From positions 207,868 to 271,867 of the forward strand of contig JAUIFA010000001.1 of assembly GCA_030429625.1 (NCBI GenBank): 64,000 bases of DNA, in the 5' to 3' direction. Numbering within the stretch: position 1 is the first letter of the stretch; every line of letters begins with the position of its first letter. Shown in pieces: positions 27,579 to 37,669 of this stretch. Source of the DNA: Alphaproteobacteria bacterium. Its GTDB lineage: Bacteria; Pseudomonadota; Alphaproteobacteria; Rickettsiales; UBA8987. A program made the translations under genes and the position numbers. The notes under the pieces are model-generated. The model was not told the DNA's origin. It worked only from the letters and a program-made list of their open reading frames with translations, and ran no database searches.

Positions 27579-30500
27579 TGTGGCTATCAGATACATCGGT
27601 TCGCCGGCCAGTTCTCGCCGTTGTAGTCAATTTATTGATCATTGCTTTTGGCCTTGTTTCTTTTGGCAAATTGCCGCTGCGCGAATATCCAGACATTGAC
27701 CCGCCGGTAGTGTCTATCGATACCAATTACCGTGGTGCGTCGGCCAGTGTGGTCGAAACCCGTGTCACCGAATTGATTGAGGATCGGGTAGCCGGAGTAG
27801 AGGGGGTTAAAACCATTTCCTCCAGCTCGTCGGACGGACGCTCTCGTATTACCATTGAATTTGATATTGACCGCAATATTGATGACGCTGCTAATGATTT
27901 GCGGGATCGGGTGTCGGGCATTTTGGACAATTTGCCCGAAGAAGCCGATCCGCCAGAAATTGAAAAATCCGATTCTAACGACGATGTGATTATGTGGTTA
28001 AATCTGGCGGGGGAAGGAATGAGCATCATGGAGTTGAGCGATTATGCGCGGCGCTATTTGCAGGATCGTTTCTCTGCGCTTGATGGTGTAGCACGGGTGC
28101 GTGTGGGTGGCGGTCAGGAAATCGCCATGCGTATTTGGTTGGATCGTGACGCTTTGGCGGCGCGTAACTTAACGGCAGAGGACGTTGAAACGGCTTTGCG
28201 TTCAGAAAATGTTGAGCTGCCTGCCGGCTCTATTGAGTCTTCCATGCGTGATTTTACCGTACGCATGGAGCGCAGCTATCAAACCATTGAAGAATTTAAA
28301 AATCTAGTAATCAAACGCGGAGCCGATGGCTACTTGGTGCGTTTGGGTGATGTGGCAGATGTGGAAATTGGGGCGGTGGAAAGCCGTTCTACCCTACGCG
28401 GTAATGGTGTGCCAATGGTGGGTGTGGGCATCATTAAACAATCTCAGGCTAACACGATTGAAGTGGCGCGTTTGGCCAAAGAAGAAATGGCGCGGGTCAA
28501 TAAAACGTTGCCTGCCAATATGGCACTGAAGCAGAGTTACGACACCAGCGTGTTTATTGAAAGCTCGATTGAGGAAGTGTATAAAACACTGTTCATTGCC
28601 GTATTGCTGGTGGTATTGGTGATTTATTGTTTCTTAGGCAATTTTCGAGCCATGCTGGTGCCGGCGGTAACGGTACCCGTATCGCTGATTGGTACGTTTA
28701 TCATTCTTTATGCCTTTGGTTTTACCATTAATTTGTTAACCTTGCTGGCGTTGGTGCTGGCCATCGGTTTGGTGGTGGACGATGCGATTGTGGTCATTGA
28801 AAACATCCACCGCCGTATTGAGATGGGAGAGCCAAGGGTGGTAGCGGCCTATCGTGGTACACGTCAGGTGGGGTTTGCCGTCATTGCTACCACCATTGTG
28901 TTAGTGTCGGTGTTTATGCCCATCACCTTCTTAGAGGGAGATTTGGGCAGGTTGTTTACCGAATTTGCTGTCACTATGAGTGCAGCGGTACTGTTTTCCA
29001 GCTTTGTGGCGTTGACTTTTTCGCCCATGCTTTCGTCTAAAATTCTTGATCGTCATGGCAGCCATAACCGTTTTACCAGTTGGTTGGATAAGAAATTTGA
29101 AGCATTACGTACCGGCTATATCGCCTTTTTGAAAAAAGCCATGAAGCATCCGGTGATGGTGGTGGTGCTGTTGCTGGCTGTTTTTGGCTGCGCGTTTACG
29201 TTGTTTAAACTGGTGCCCAGCGAATATGCTCCCAAAGAAGACAGGGGCGCGTTTTTCTTAATGTTACGTGGGCCGGAAGGCACCTCGTACAACTACATCA
29301 CTCAGCAATTGAATGAGGTGGAAAGACGTTTGACCCCGTTTGTGGAATCAGGCGAATTTGAACGGTTGCTGATGCGTGCCCCACGTAGTTTTGGAGCGGC
29401 CTCGTCGTTTAATGATGGGATTGGAATTGTGGTGTTGAGCCATTGGGACAGTGGCCGTAAACCTATCTGGTATTATGTGAACAAGGTGAGGGAGCTGACC
29501 TCTGACATGCCGGGCATTCAGGTGTTCCCTGTGGTACGGCAGGCGCTGGGGGGCGGCTGGAAAAAACCGGTGCAGTTTGTGTTGGGTGGTCCCACTTACG
29601 ATGAGCTGGCACAGTGGCGTGATATCATGCTGGAAAAGGCCTCAGAAAATAAAAATCTCATTGGGCTGGACCATGATTATCTGGAAACCAAGCCGCAAAT
29701 TGGGCTGACCATACAGCGCAACCGTGCGGGCGATTTGGGCGTGCCGGTGGCAGTAATCAACCGAACACTCGAAAGTATGCTTGGTTCGCGCAACGTCACC
29801 ACCTTTATTGACCGTGGTGAAGAATATGACGTGATTCTGGAGAGCAAGAAAGACCTTAAACAAAGCCCGACCGACATCAGCAATATCTATGTGCGCTCGC
29901 AAACCACCGGGCAGCTGATTCCGCTTTCTAATTTGGTGGAAATCAAAGAATACGCCGATGCCACCTCGCTCAATCGCTACAATCGTATGCGTAGTATCAC
30001 GTTGGAAGCCAATCTTGCTGATGGCTACAGCATGGGCGAGGCGCTCAACTATCTTGAAGGGCTGGTGCGCAGTGAATTGCCGCCGGGTGTCAGCATTGAT
30101 TATAAAGGTGGATCTCTGGATTATATCGAATCGGGCAGTTCTATCTTCTTAATTTTCCTCTTGGCATTGGTGGTGGTGTATCTGGTGTTGGCTGGGCAGT
30201 TTGAAAGTTTTGTGCATCCGTTTATCATCATGATGACCGTACCCCTGGCCATTACGGGGGCGCTGTTTGCCTTGTGGGCGATGGGGCTATCGCTGAATAT
30301 TTACAGCGAGATTGGTCTGATCATCCTCATTGGTTTGGCGGCGAAAAACGGGATTCTGATCGTTGAATTTATCAACCAGTTGCGCGACGAAGGGGTGGAA
30401 TTTACTGAGGCGATTTTAGAAGCTTCCGGCAAACGTCTGCGCCCAATTCTGATGACCGCCATTACCACTGCTATGGGTGCGGTACCACTGATTCTTTCCT

Positions 30501-30688
30501 TTGGGGCTGGGGCAGAAACCCGTTTCGTCATCGGCATAGTGATCTTCGCCGGGGTGATTATCGCCACCGCCTTCACCATTGTGGTTATTCCGGTGATGTA
30601 CCATCTTCTGGCCAAAAACACCACCTCTCCTCATGCCGTTAGCCAACGTCTGGAAAAACTCCTCAAAGAGCACAAACACGAGGTTTAG
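27578..30688 (+). CDS. RND efflux permease (AcrB family)
   Basis: 1036 aa; GLVVDDAIVV, AKNGILIVEF, RLRPILMT. Confidence 0.95.
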   Translation: MWLSDTSVRRPVLAVVVNLLIIAFGLVSFGKLPLREYPDIDPPVVSIDTNYRGASASVVETRVTELIEDRVAGVEGVKTISSSSSDGRSRITIEFDIDRNIDDAANDLRDRVSGILDNLPEEADPPEIEKSDSNDDVIMWLNLAGEGMSIMELSDYARRYLQDRFSALDGVARVRVGGGQEIAMRIWLDRDALAARNLTAEDVETALRSENVELPAGSIESSMRDFTVRMERSYQTIEEFKNLVIKRGADGYLVRLGDVADVEIGAVESRSTLRGNGVPMVGVGIIKQSQANTIEVARLAKEEMARVNKTLPANMALKQSYDTSVFIESSIEEVYKTLFIAVLLVVLVIYCFLGNFRAMLVPAVTVPVSLIGTFIILYAFGFTINLLTLLALVLAIGLVVDDAIVVIENIHRRIEMGEPRVVAAYRGTRQVGFAVIATTIVLVSVFMPITFLEGDLGRLFTEFAVTMSAAVLFSSFVALTFSPMLSSKILDRHGSHNRFTSWLDKKFEALRTGYIAFLKKAMKHPVMVVVLLLAVFGCAFTLFKLVPSEYAPKEDRGAFFLMLRGPEGTSYNYITQQLNEVERRLTPFVESGEFERLLMRAPRSFGAASSFNDGIGIVVLSHWDSGRKPIWYYVNKVRELTSDMPGIQVFPVVRQALGGGWKKPVQFVLGGPTYDELAQWRDIMLEKASENKNLIGLDHDYLETKPQIGLTIQRNRAGDLGVPVAVINRTLESMLGSRNVTTFIDRGEEYDVILESKKDLKQSPTDISNIYVRSQTTGQLIPLSNLVEIKEYADATSLNRYNRMRSITLEANLADGYSMGEALNYLEGLVRSELPPGVSIDYKGGSLDYIESGSSIFLIFLLALVVVYLVLAGQFESFVHPFIIMMTVPLAITGALFALWAMGLSLNIYSEIGLIILIGLAAKNGILIVEFINQLRDEGVEFTEAILEASGKRLRPILMTAITTAMGAVPLILSFGAGAETRFVIGIVIFAGVIIATAFTIVVIPVMYHLLAKNTTSPHAVSQRLEKLLKEHKHEV

Positions 30689-30696
30689 GGAAAAAT

Positions 30697-30757
<61 letters not shown>

Positions 30758-30773
<16 letters not shown>

Positions 30774-30871
30774 ACAATGTATACGTCCGAGCCGAAACTC
30801 GGTAGCAATCTTAACTGTCCCACGCGCTTGTGGCACTTCGGGACGGGCGGGCTGCTCTACTCCGCGACAAT
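30758..30871. repeat. 21-bp direct repeat of the tRNA-fMet 5' end flanking a ~72-bp palindromic insert
   Basis: gctgctctactccgcgacaat at 30758-30778 and 30851-30871. Confidence 0.85.
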
Positions 30872-30968
30872 ATATTATTAAGCGTTGCGCTAAAATAATC
30901 GTGTGGCTGGGTATATAACGCGTCTTTGCGTATGCCGCAAGGAAAAACCACTCTTTTTATCAGAAATC

Positions 30969-31709
30969 TTAGCCGAAGCTTTTGACCAGATTCTCGCTGA
31001 GCATATGCCAGCCATCAATCAACACAAAGAAAATAATCTTAAACGGCAGGGAAATCATTACCGGCGGTAGCATCATCATCCCCATCGACATCAAGGTGGA
31101 CGCCACCATCATGTCAATGATCAGGAAGGGAATGAAGACCAGAAAGCCAATCTCGAAGGCGCGCTTCAACTCACTGATCATAAAGGCAGGTACCAGCACT
31201 TTGTAGGGCAGGTCTTCAGGTTTTTCAACCATGTCTGTGCCCGACAGCTCCATAAACAGTGCAACATCATTCTCGTTTACCTGCCCGCGCATAAATTCAT
31301 GAAAAGGTGCTGCGGTTCTTTCCATCGCGGTTTTTTCATCAATTTGTTCATTAATAAGCGGCTCAATACCATCATTGTAGGCGGCCTCAAACGTAGGGGT
31401 CATGATAAAAGCCGTGAGGAACAATGCCAGACTGATCAATACCGAGTTAGGCGGCGTTTGCTGAATTCCCATCGCGCTACGCAGCAAAGACAACACCACA
31501 ATGATGCGTGTGAAGGAGGTCACCATCATCAGGATCGAAGGCGCAAGGCTCAGAATGGTCAGTAAAATAACCAGACGCATGATTTGCCCGGTGGCTGAGC
31601 CGCCAATTTCTCCGCCTAAATCCACATTGATGGTTTGTGCTGCCGCAGGATGGGCATAGAAAAACACAGTAGCAAGAAGCAATAGGCCAGAGAAGAAAAT
31701 GCGTTTCAT
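30969..31709 (-). CDS. fliP: Flagellar export gate protein FliP
   Basis: TSFTRIIVV, QQTPPN, PAFMISELKRAF, GMMMLPP. Confidence 0.97.
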   Translation of the reverse strand: MKRIFFSGLLLLATVFFYAHPAAAQTINVDLGGEIGGSATGQIMRLVILLTILSLAPSILMMVTSFTRIIVVLSLLRSAMGIQQTPPNSVLISLALFLTAFIMTPTFEAAYNDGIEPLINEQIDEKTAMERTAAPFHEFMRGQVNENDVALFMELSGTDMVEKPEDLPYKVLVPAFMISELKRAFEIGFLVFIPFLIIDMMVASTLMSMGMMMLPPVMISLPFKIIFFVLIDGWHMLSENLVKSFG

Positions 31710-32011
31710 GGTTGTTTTGATGCCCCTTTCGTCGCAGATTTCTTTGAACCAACCTCAGTATCAATTATCACCGCGCCACTTTCAGTACCCACGCATAGCA
31801 AATATTCTGTTTTGTCACATTTGGCAATCACCAGCTTATTTTTTCCATCAATAATTTTAATCTCTGAAACAGAGAGACGTTTTTTACTGGTGTTGGTTGT
31901 TCCTGAAACGCGCTCCGTGCCGTACTTTCTCAACAGGAAAGACACCAGAGCAATCAACGCTAATACAAAAACCAGTGCAGCGGCAGATGTAAGAACGGCG
32001 GTGGTTTCCAT
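31706..32011 (-). CDS. fliO: Flagellar protein FliO
   Basis: One TM segment followed by RLSVSE...KLVI...EYLLCVG; directly upstream of fliP. Confidence 0.8.
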   Translation of the reverse strand: METTAVLTSAAALVFVLALIALVSFLLRKYGTERVSGTTNTSKKRLSVSEIKIIDGKNKLVIAKCDKTEYLLCVGTESGAVIIDTEVGSKKSATKGASKQP

Positions 32012-32337
32012 TATTTATTTCCAGCATTGGCATTGTTATTGTAAGCCGTGCTGGCTTTGCTGGCGGCATTGAGCTCATTGATTTGGGTTTTTATAGAATC
32101 CCTCCGGCTGACAAGTGCCTCAGACAAGTCCTGCAGAGAAATACCCAGTGAATTCAGGCTTTTCTCATACAATTTTGCGTCCTCACGTGACATGTCAGAG
32201 AGTTCATTGCAAAAATCCGTGGCAAGCTTCTCAAATCCAGACATATCAATGGTTTTCCCATCATTAAGATTACGCTGATACAGCGCAATGTAATTCTCTG
32301 CCTCATGCAGTAACGTCCTAACTCTTTCATGGCTCAT
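32011..32337 (-). CDS. Hypothetical helical flagellar-cluster protein
   Basis: Coupled between the flhB-like gene and fliO. Confidence 0.65.
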   Translation of the reverse strand: MSHERVRTLLHEAENYIALYQRNLNDGKTIDMSGFEKLATDFCNELSDMSREDAKLYEKSLNSLGISLQDLSEALVSRRDSIKTQINELNAASKASTAYNNNANAGNK

Positions 32338-32639
32338 GACTTTCTCCCATTATCCCGAGCAGATTTCTCAGAGTTCTTACTATAGATATATGAAAGGATT
32401 TCTGCAACTGCTGAATACGCATCAAGCGGAATAAATGATTCGACTTCAAGGACAGAAAGGATTTCTATTAATGCCGCATCTTCACGTACCTCAATATTAT
32501 TTTCCTGCGCGATCTTAAGGATCTGTTCTGCCAGATAGCCTTGCCCTTTGGCCACCACCTGAGGGGCAGGCATGCTATCCATGTCGTATTTTAACGCAAC
32601 CGCAGAGGTATTTTTTATGTCCTTATCGTCTTTTTTCAT
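32334..32639 (-). CDS. FlhB C-terminal-like protein (EscU/YscU family)
   Basis: AVALKY, APQVVAKG, IP...Y.AVAEIL. Confidence 0.9.
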   Translation of the reverse strand: MKKDDKDIKNTSAVALKYDMDSMPAPQVVAKGQGYLAEQILKIAQENNIEVREDAALIEILSVLEVESFIPLDAYSAVAEILSYIYSKNSEKSARDNGRKS

Positions 32640-32747
32640 AATATTGGTATAGCAGTTTTATGAGCCTATTTGAAGTGCTAACTTATAATAATTCCCTTTG
32701 CAACAATTGTCTAAGCAGGGTATTGTTTGTATTTTAAAGTAGAGCAT

Positions 32748-33266
32748 ATGGCAAAATCACCTGAGCGAATCATAAATGTGTTTCTGGAAAGCGGCTTTGA
32801 TGAAAGCAAGCGTACAGCAGAAATTGAGTATGAATATCAAACAGCGGTTCGTGATCTTCTGGCCAAGAGCTACTTTCACCTATGTAAGAATCCTGGAAAC
32901 GCGCCGGTGGATCGTGGGCCGTATAATTTGCATTTACGCATTGAAGACGGAAGATTAATTATGGATCTGCGTCTGATGAAAAAACAGGACGATGACAGCT
33001 ACAAAGAAATGATGAGTGAGGTAGTCAAAGTGCCGATGTCTCCGTTTCGTCGGATTATAAAAGATTATTTTTTTATCTGTGAAAGCCATATGAACGCGGT
33101 TAAATCCTCCAACCCTTCACAAATTGAAACCATCGATATGGCTCGCCGTGGCATCCATAATGATGGGGCAGAAATCCTAAAAAATATTTTATCACCCAAC
33201 GTTGAAACGGATTTTGACACTGCCCGTCGCTTATTTACACTGGTTTGCCTATTACATATCAGATAA
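32748..33266 (+). CDS. UPF0262 family protein
   Basis: PFRRIIKDYF.ICES, IETIDMARRGIHN, TARRLFTL. Confidence 0.88.
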   Translation: MAKSPERIINVFLESGFDESKRTAEIEYEYQTAVRDLLAKSYFHLCKNPGNAPVDRGPYNLHLRIEDGRLIMDLRLMKKQDDDSYKEMMSEVVKVPMSPFRRIIKDYFFICESHMNAVKSSNPSQIETIDMARRGIHNDGAEILKNILSPNVETDFDTARRLFTLVCLLHIR

Positions 33267-33354
33267 ACGGCTCATAATCTCAAATTTTCCTTGATAATTC
33301 GCCAGAATAGGTTAATAGACTTCTTCATCATTCAAATAAGATACATAAGGTTTT

Positions 33355-33573
33355 ATGGCGAAAGAAGAATTATTAGAGTTTGAAGGCACGGTGATGGAAA
33401 TTCTCCCTAACGCAATGTTTAGGGTTGAGCTGGAAAACGGACATGAAATTATTGCTCACACTTCCGGACGGATGCGTAAGCACCGTATCCGTATTCTTCT
33501 GGGTGATAAGGTGACGGTCGAAATGACCCCTTACGATTTAACCAAAGGACGTGTGATTCTACGTCACAAATAA
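33355..33573 (+). CDS. infA: Translation initiation factor IF-1
   Basis: [31 protein letters not shown]. Confidence 0.98.
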   Translation: MAKEELLEFEGTVMEILPNAMFRVELENGHEIIAHTSGRMRKHRIRILLGDKVTVEMTPYDLTKGRVILRHK

Positions 33574-33583
33574 GAGGCTTACT

Positions 33584-34156
33584 GTGATGAAGCTTGTTCT
33601 TGCCTCACAATCCCCTGCACGTTTGCAGCTGTTAAAGAATATTGGCTTTGTTCCCGATGTGGTACAGCCCGCTGATATTGACGAAACCCCATTAAAAAAC
33701 GAAGACCCTAAGCAATATGTGGTGCGTTTGGCAGAAGAAAAAGCCAAAACCGTCCATGTTCAGCACTCAGACGCGTATGTGATTGCAGCGGACAGCATTG
33801 CCTGCTGTGGGAGAAAAATTTTAGGTAAGCCGGAAGACCGTAACCATGCGCGTGAAATATTGCAAATGCTTTCGGGTCGTCGGCACAAATTATACACTGG
33901 CTTATGTGTGATAGCGCCGGACGGCACATTGCGCATTAAATCAGTGTTAACTATGGTAAAATTCAAACGCATTGGCACGCAAGAGATGGAGGACTATCTC
34001 GACACGCAGGAATGGGAGGGTAAATGTGGTGCTTATGGTATACAAAAAGACGCGGGCGCTTTTGTCCACTCGATCAATGGCAGCTATACCAACGTGATTG
34101 GCCTACCGCTGGTGGAAACAAAAAATTTACTATTGGGTCTCGGATTTAAAAAGTAA
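33584..34156 (+). CDS. maf: Maf/YhdE nucleoside triphosphate pyrophosphatase
   Basis: LASQSPAR, LGKP, GKCGAYGIQ, NVIGLP. Confidence 0.93.
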   Translation: MMKLVLASQSPARLQLLKNIGFVPDVVQPADIDETPLKNEDPKQYVVRLAEEKAKTVHVQHSDAYVIAADSIACCGRKILGKPEDRNHAREILQMLSGRRHKLYTGLCVIAPDGTLRIKSVLTMVKFKRIGTQEMEDYLDTQEWEGKCGAYGIQKDAGAFVHSINGSYTNVIGLPLVETKNLLLGLGFKK

Positions 34157-34217
34157 ATTATTACTTGGCACGAACTGCCATACATAGTAAACTTCCAGCA
34201 CTATTTGGGGTTTATGC

Positions 34218-35915
34218 ATGAACAGTCTTATTGAAAAAGCGCCGGATTATTCCGGCATTTCTACAAAATTACAGTCAAACAGTCTAAACGAACAAGCAGC
34301 GTTGGAAGAAAAGATAAATCAAACGTTTTTGCTTGCGGTGGATCACCATCAACATATGCGCCTGAAAGAGGCGGAATATTTATACCGCCGGATATTGGAA
34401 ATTCGCCCCAATCTGGTGGAATGTCTGAATAACCTCATCACATTGCTTATTACCAAAGAAGAGGGTACAGATTTGAATGAGTTGGGGCGCATGTGTTTGC
34501 ATGCACTTTCTTTAGAGCCGAACAACGCAAAACTGCACGATAAATTTGCCGCTGCGCTCACCCTTAACGGTCAGCCCGAAGAAGCCGAAAAAGAATATAA
34601 GAAGGCCATTGAGCTTGACCCTAATGACATGAATATTCGTAGCAACTACAGTAAGTTGTTAGGGGAGATTTTAAAGTCGGAAGAAGCCATCAAGCAGATA
34701 GACATTGCCCTGAAGAAGGAGGTGACCCCCAAATTTATTATGAACAAAGGTGTGGCGCTCATTGCCCTTGGGCGGTTGGAGGAAGCAGAAGAATGTTTTC
34801 GGAAGGCCATTGGGCTGGAGCAGTCCAATGCGGAGGCGTGGCGCAACATTACCTCGATCCTAAAATATAAAACCAGTGATAACAAGGATGCTTCAGAAAT
34901 CAGAAAGCTTTTGGAAACAGGGAAATTATCTCCACAACAAAAAGCCTGCCTGTATTTTTCATTGGGCAAGATACATGACGACAGCAAAGAATATGATCAG
35001 GCATTTGAAAATTATAAAAAAGGTAATGAGCTGATTTTTGATAATGCCCAAAAAGGAAACAAGTTTTTTTACGACCGCAAGAGCCATGATGCGTTCTGCA
35101 AAGGGGTCATTAAGGGGTTTGATAAAAAGTTTTGGCAGGAGTTTAAAAAGAGTGGCTATAAGGGCAATGATTCACGCATGCCGATATTTGTGGTGGGAAT
35201 GCCGCGTTCGGGTACGACGCTGACAGAAAAAATCATCGCGCAACATCCGCAGGCATCGGGTGCGGGTGAGCTAACAGAGATGCGCAATACCATAAAATTA
35301 ATGACACCAGCGTTAAATAAGTTTGCTCAAACCGGTCAGCCTTTTAGCGAGGAGGAGCGGCACTATTTTGACCGTTTGGCAGAAAAATATTTGGCGCGTT
35401 TGGGGCGTGATGCGGAAGACGGCGTGGTGCGTGTGGTAGACAAGCTGCCGGGCAATTTCTTGCATCTTGGGCATATTGCTATTTTGTTCCCCAACGCAAA
35501 GATCATTCATTGCAACAGAAACCCCCTCGATACCTGTTTGTCTAACTTTTTTCAGTATTTTGCTTCGGGCATTGGGTTTTCGTTTAATCTTGAGGCAATG
35601 GCGCATTATTATGGGCATTATAAAAGACTTATGGAGCATTATAACCAGTCCGGTCTTCCATTGGAGATTCTGGACGTACATTACGAAGAACTAACTTCGG
35701 ATACAGATACCGGCGTGAAGAAGATTTTGGACTTTATCGGTTTGGATTTTGATGAAAACTGTTTGAAACCGCATGAATCTTCTAGCGGTGCACATACGGC
35801 CAGCGCGTGGCAGATCAAGCAGCCCATTTATAAAACTTCGCAGGAGCGTTGGAAAAGGTACGAGTCGCAGCTTCAGCCATTAATGTCTGCGTTGGAAAAA
35901 GAAGGGGTGCTGTGA
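34218..35915 (+). CDS. TPR + sulfotransferase
   Basis: TPRs; VGMPRSGTTL, DKLPGN, RNPLDTCLS, TASAWQ. Confidence 0.9.
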   Translation: MNSLIEKAPDYSGISTKLQSNSLNEQAALEEKINQTFLLAVDHHQHMRLKEAEYLYRRILEIRPNLVECLNNLITLLITKEEGTDLNELGRMCLHALSLEPNNAKLHDKFAAALTLNGQPEEAEKEYKKAIELDPNDMNIRSNYSKLLGEILKSEEAIKQIDIALKKEVTPKFIMNKGVALIALGRLEEAEECFRKAIGLEQSNAEAWRNITSILKYKTSDNKDASEIRKLLETGKLSPQQKACLYFSLGKIHDDSKEYDQAFENYKKGNELIFDNAQKGNKFFYDRKSHDAFCKGVIKGFDKKFWQEFKKSGYKGNDSRMPIFVVGMPRSGTTLTEKIIAQHPQASGAGELTEMRNTIKLMTPALNKFAQTGQPFSEEERHYFDRLAEKYLARLGRDAEDGVVRVVDKLPGNFLHLGHIAILFPNAKIIHCNRNPLDTCLSNFFQYFASGIGFSFNLEAMAHYYGHYKRLMEHYNQSGLPLEILDVHYEELTSDTDTGVKKILDFIGLDFDENCLKPHESSSGAHTASAWQIKQPIYKTSQERWKRYESQLQPLMSALEKEGVL

Positions 35916-37540
35916 TGAAGAATGGTTTTGGAGGCGGACAGCAAAGTCAGGTGAGTGTGAAAACCAAGGAGCAGGAGGTTGCAGAAGCCTTTGCTGTGGC
36001 ACATAAATATCATCTTTCGGGGGATTTGCAAAAAGCCGAGGCGATCTATCGAAATATTTTTGAGGCAGATCCAAACCATGTCGACACGATCAACAATCTT
36101 TCGGTAATTTTAATTGACCGCAAAGAGTTTAATGATGCGAATTTGCTGCTGGAGCATGGCATGCAAATTGCACCAGACAATCATCGGATTGTTGAGAATT
36201 TTGGCTATAATCTGGCAGCTCAGGGCAGAGAAGAAGCGGCACTGCCCTATTATGAAAAGGCGTTAACGATAGAACCTAAATCCCAGCAAACCTATGTCAT
36301 GTATGGTAAATTATTATATTTGTTGGGGAAATACGATCAGGCGACGGAGCAATATAAGAAAGCGCTAAAGATAAATCCTAAGAATATTGCGGCTATGGAG
36401 AATCTAGCGGCCACCGATTTTGTAATGGGTAATTTTGATGAATCGATAGATTTATATGAGAAAGTCATAGAGTTAAACCCAAAATGTGGGCGATTATATC
36501 GTACCATTACCCAATCTAAGAAGTTCAAATCAGCAGACGACCGTCATGTAAAAATGATAGAGGGCTTTGATATCGATGGCGTGGATGCAGAAAGTCGATC
36601 GCATATCTTTTTTGCTAAAGGAAAAATATACAGTGATCTTAAAGAATACGATAAGTCGTTTGAATATTACAAAAAAGGCAACGATATAAAGCAGAAGCTT
36701 ATTCCCTACGATCAATATAATTTTGACCGTTTCTTTACGCAAGCCAAGGAGCTTTACACCAAAGCATTTTGGGACAACAACAAGTTTTCTGGATCATCTT
36801 CAGAAGTGCCGGTGTTTGTGGTGGGGATGCCACGTTCTGGCACCACATTGACGGAGCAAATCATTGCTCGCCATCCTGATGTGGACGGGGCAGGGGAGCT
36901 GCCGTTTATTACAAGAAATGCTGCGGCAATTGCCAGTTTAATGAAAGATCCAAAAATTACACAGCAAAATGCGGGTGTGATTGTTCCGCCTATTCTAAAG
37001 AAATTTGCTCAGGACTATCTGCACCGACTAACGCTGAATGTAAAAGATAAAAATGTGAAACACGTAGTAGATAAACAGCCCACCAATTTCCAGTATTTAT
37101 CAGAAATTGCGCTGCTTTTTCCTAAGGCTAAGATTGTACATTGTAAGCGCAATGCGTTGGATACGTGTATTTCCAATTACTTCCAATATTTTATTGACGG
37201 TAACACGTTTGCTAATAATCTGGAAAGCTTAGCGCATTATTTTAATGCTTATGAAAATATTATGGAGTTTTATAAAGAGAATTTACCGTTGGAAATATAC
37301 GATCTTGAATATGAAAAATTGACCAGCAGTCCGGAAGAGGAGGCAAGAAAATTGCTTGAGTTCATTGGGTTGGAATTTGACGAAAGATGTATCCATCCCG
37401 AGGAAAGTAAGCGGGCGGCCAGTACGGCCAGCGCGTGGCAGGTCAAGCAGCCCATTTACCAAACATCGCAGCAGCGTTGGCGGCGCTATGAAGAGCATCT
37501 TCAGCCATTAATAAAAGCACTAAATAACCCACCTGTTTGA
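35915..37540 (+). CDS. TPR + sulfotransferase (tandem paralogue)
   Basis: TPRs; VGMPRSGTTL, DKQPTN, RNALDTCIS; TGATG overlap with the previous gene. Confidence 0.9.
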   Translation: MKNGFGGGQQSQVSVKTKEQEVAEAFAVAHKYHLSGDLQKAEAIYRNIFEADPNHVDTINNLSVILIDRKEFNDANLLLEHGMQIAPDNHRIVENFGYNLAAQGREEAALPYYEKALTIEPKSQQTYVMYGKLLYLLGKYDQATEQYKKALKINPKNIAAMENLAATDFVMGNFDESIDLYEKVIELNPKCGRLYRTITQSKKFKSADDRHVKMIEGFDIDGVDAESRSHIFFAKGKIYSDLKEYDKSFEYYKKGNDIKQKLIPYDQYNFDRFFTQAKELYTKAFWDNNKFSGSSSEVPVFVVGMPRSGTTLTEQIIARHPDVDGAGELPFITRNAAAIASLMKDPKITQQNAGVIVPPILKKFAQDYLHRLTLNVKDKNVKHVVDKQPTNFQYLSEIALLFPKAKIVHCKRNALDTCISNYFQYFIDGNTFANNLESLAHYFNAYENIMEFYKENLPLEIYDLEYEKLTSSPEEEARKLLEFIGLEFDERCIHPEESKRAASTASAWQVKQPIYQTSQQRWRRYEEHLQPLIKALNNPPV

Positions 37541-37669
37541 TTCACATAGATTTTTTGTTTGACCGGCCTTTTAAAAAATGCTAGTTTAGTAGAGTGGGCA
37601 AGTAGCCCCTTTAACCGATATGCCTTCTTTGGGGGGTGTATTTCATATAATCCACGTAGGAGAAAAATT

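Noticed and set aside
34166-34180. TGGCACGAACTGCCA as a sigma-54 promoter
   Set aside because: GG-GC spacing is 8, not 10; only a short palindrome
37595-37621. Sigma-28 promoter for flagellin (ACCGATAT)
   Set aside because: No TAAA -35 element at the proper spacing
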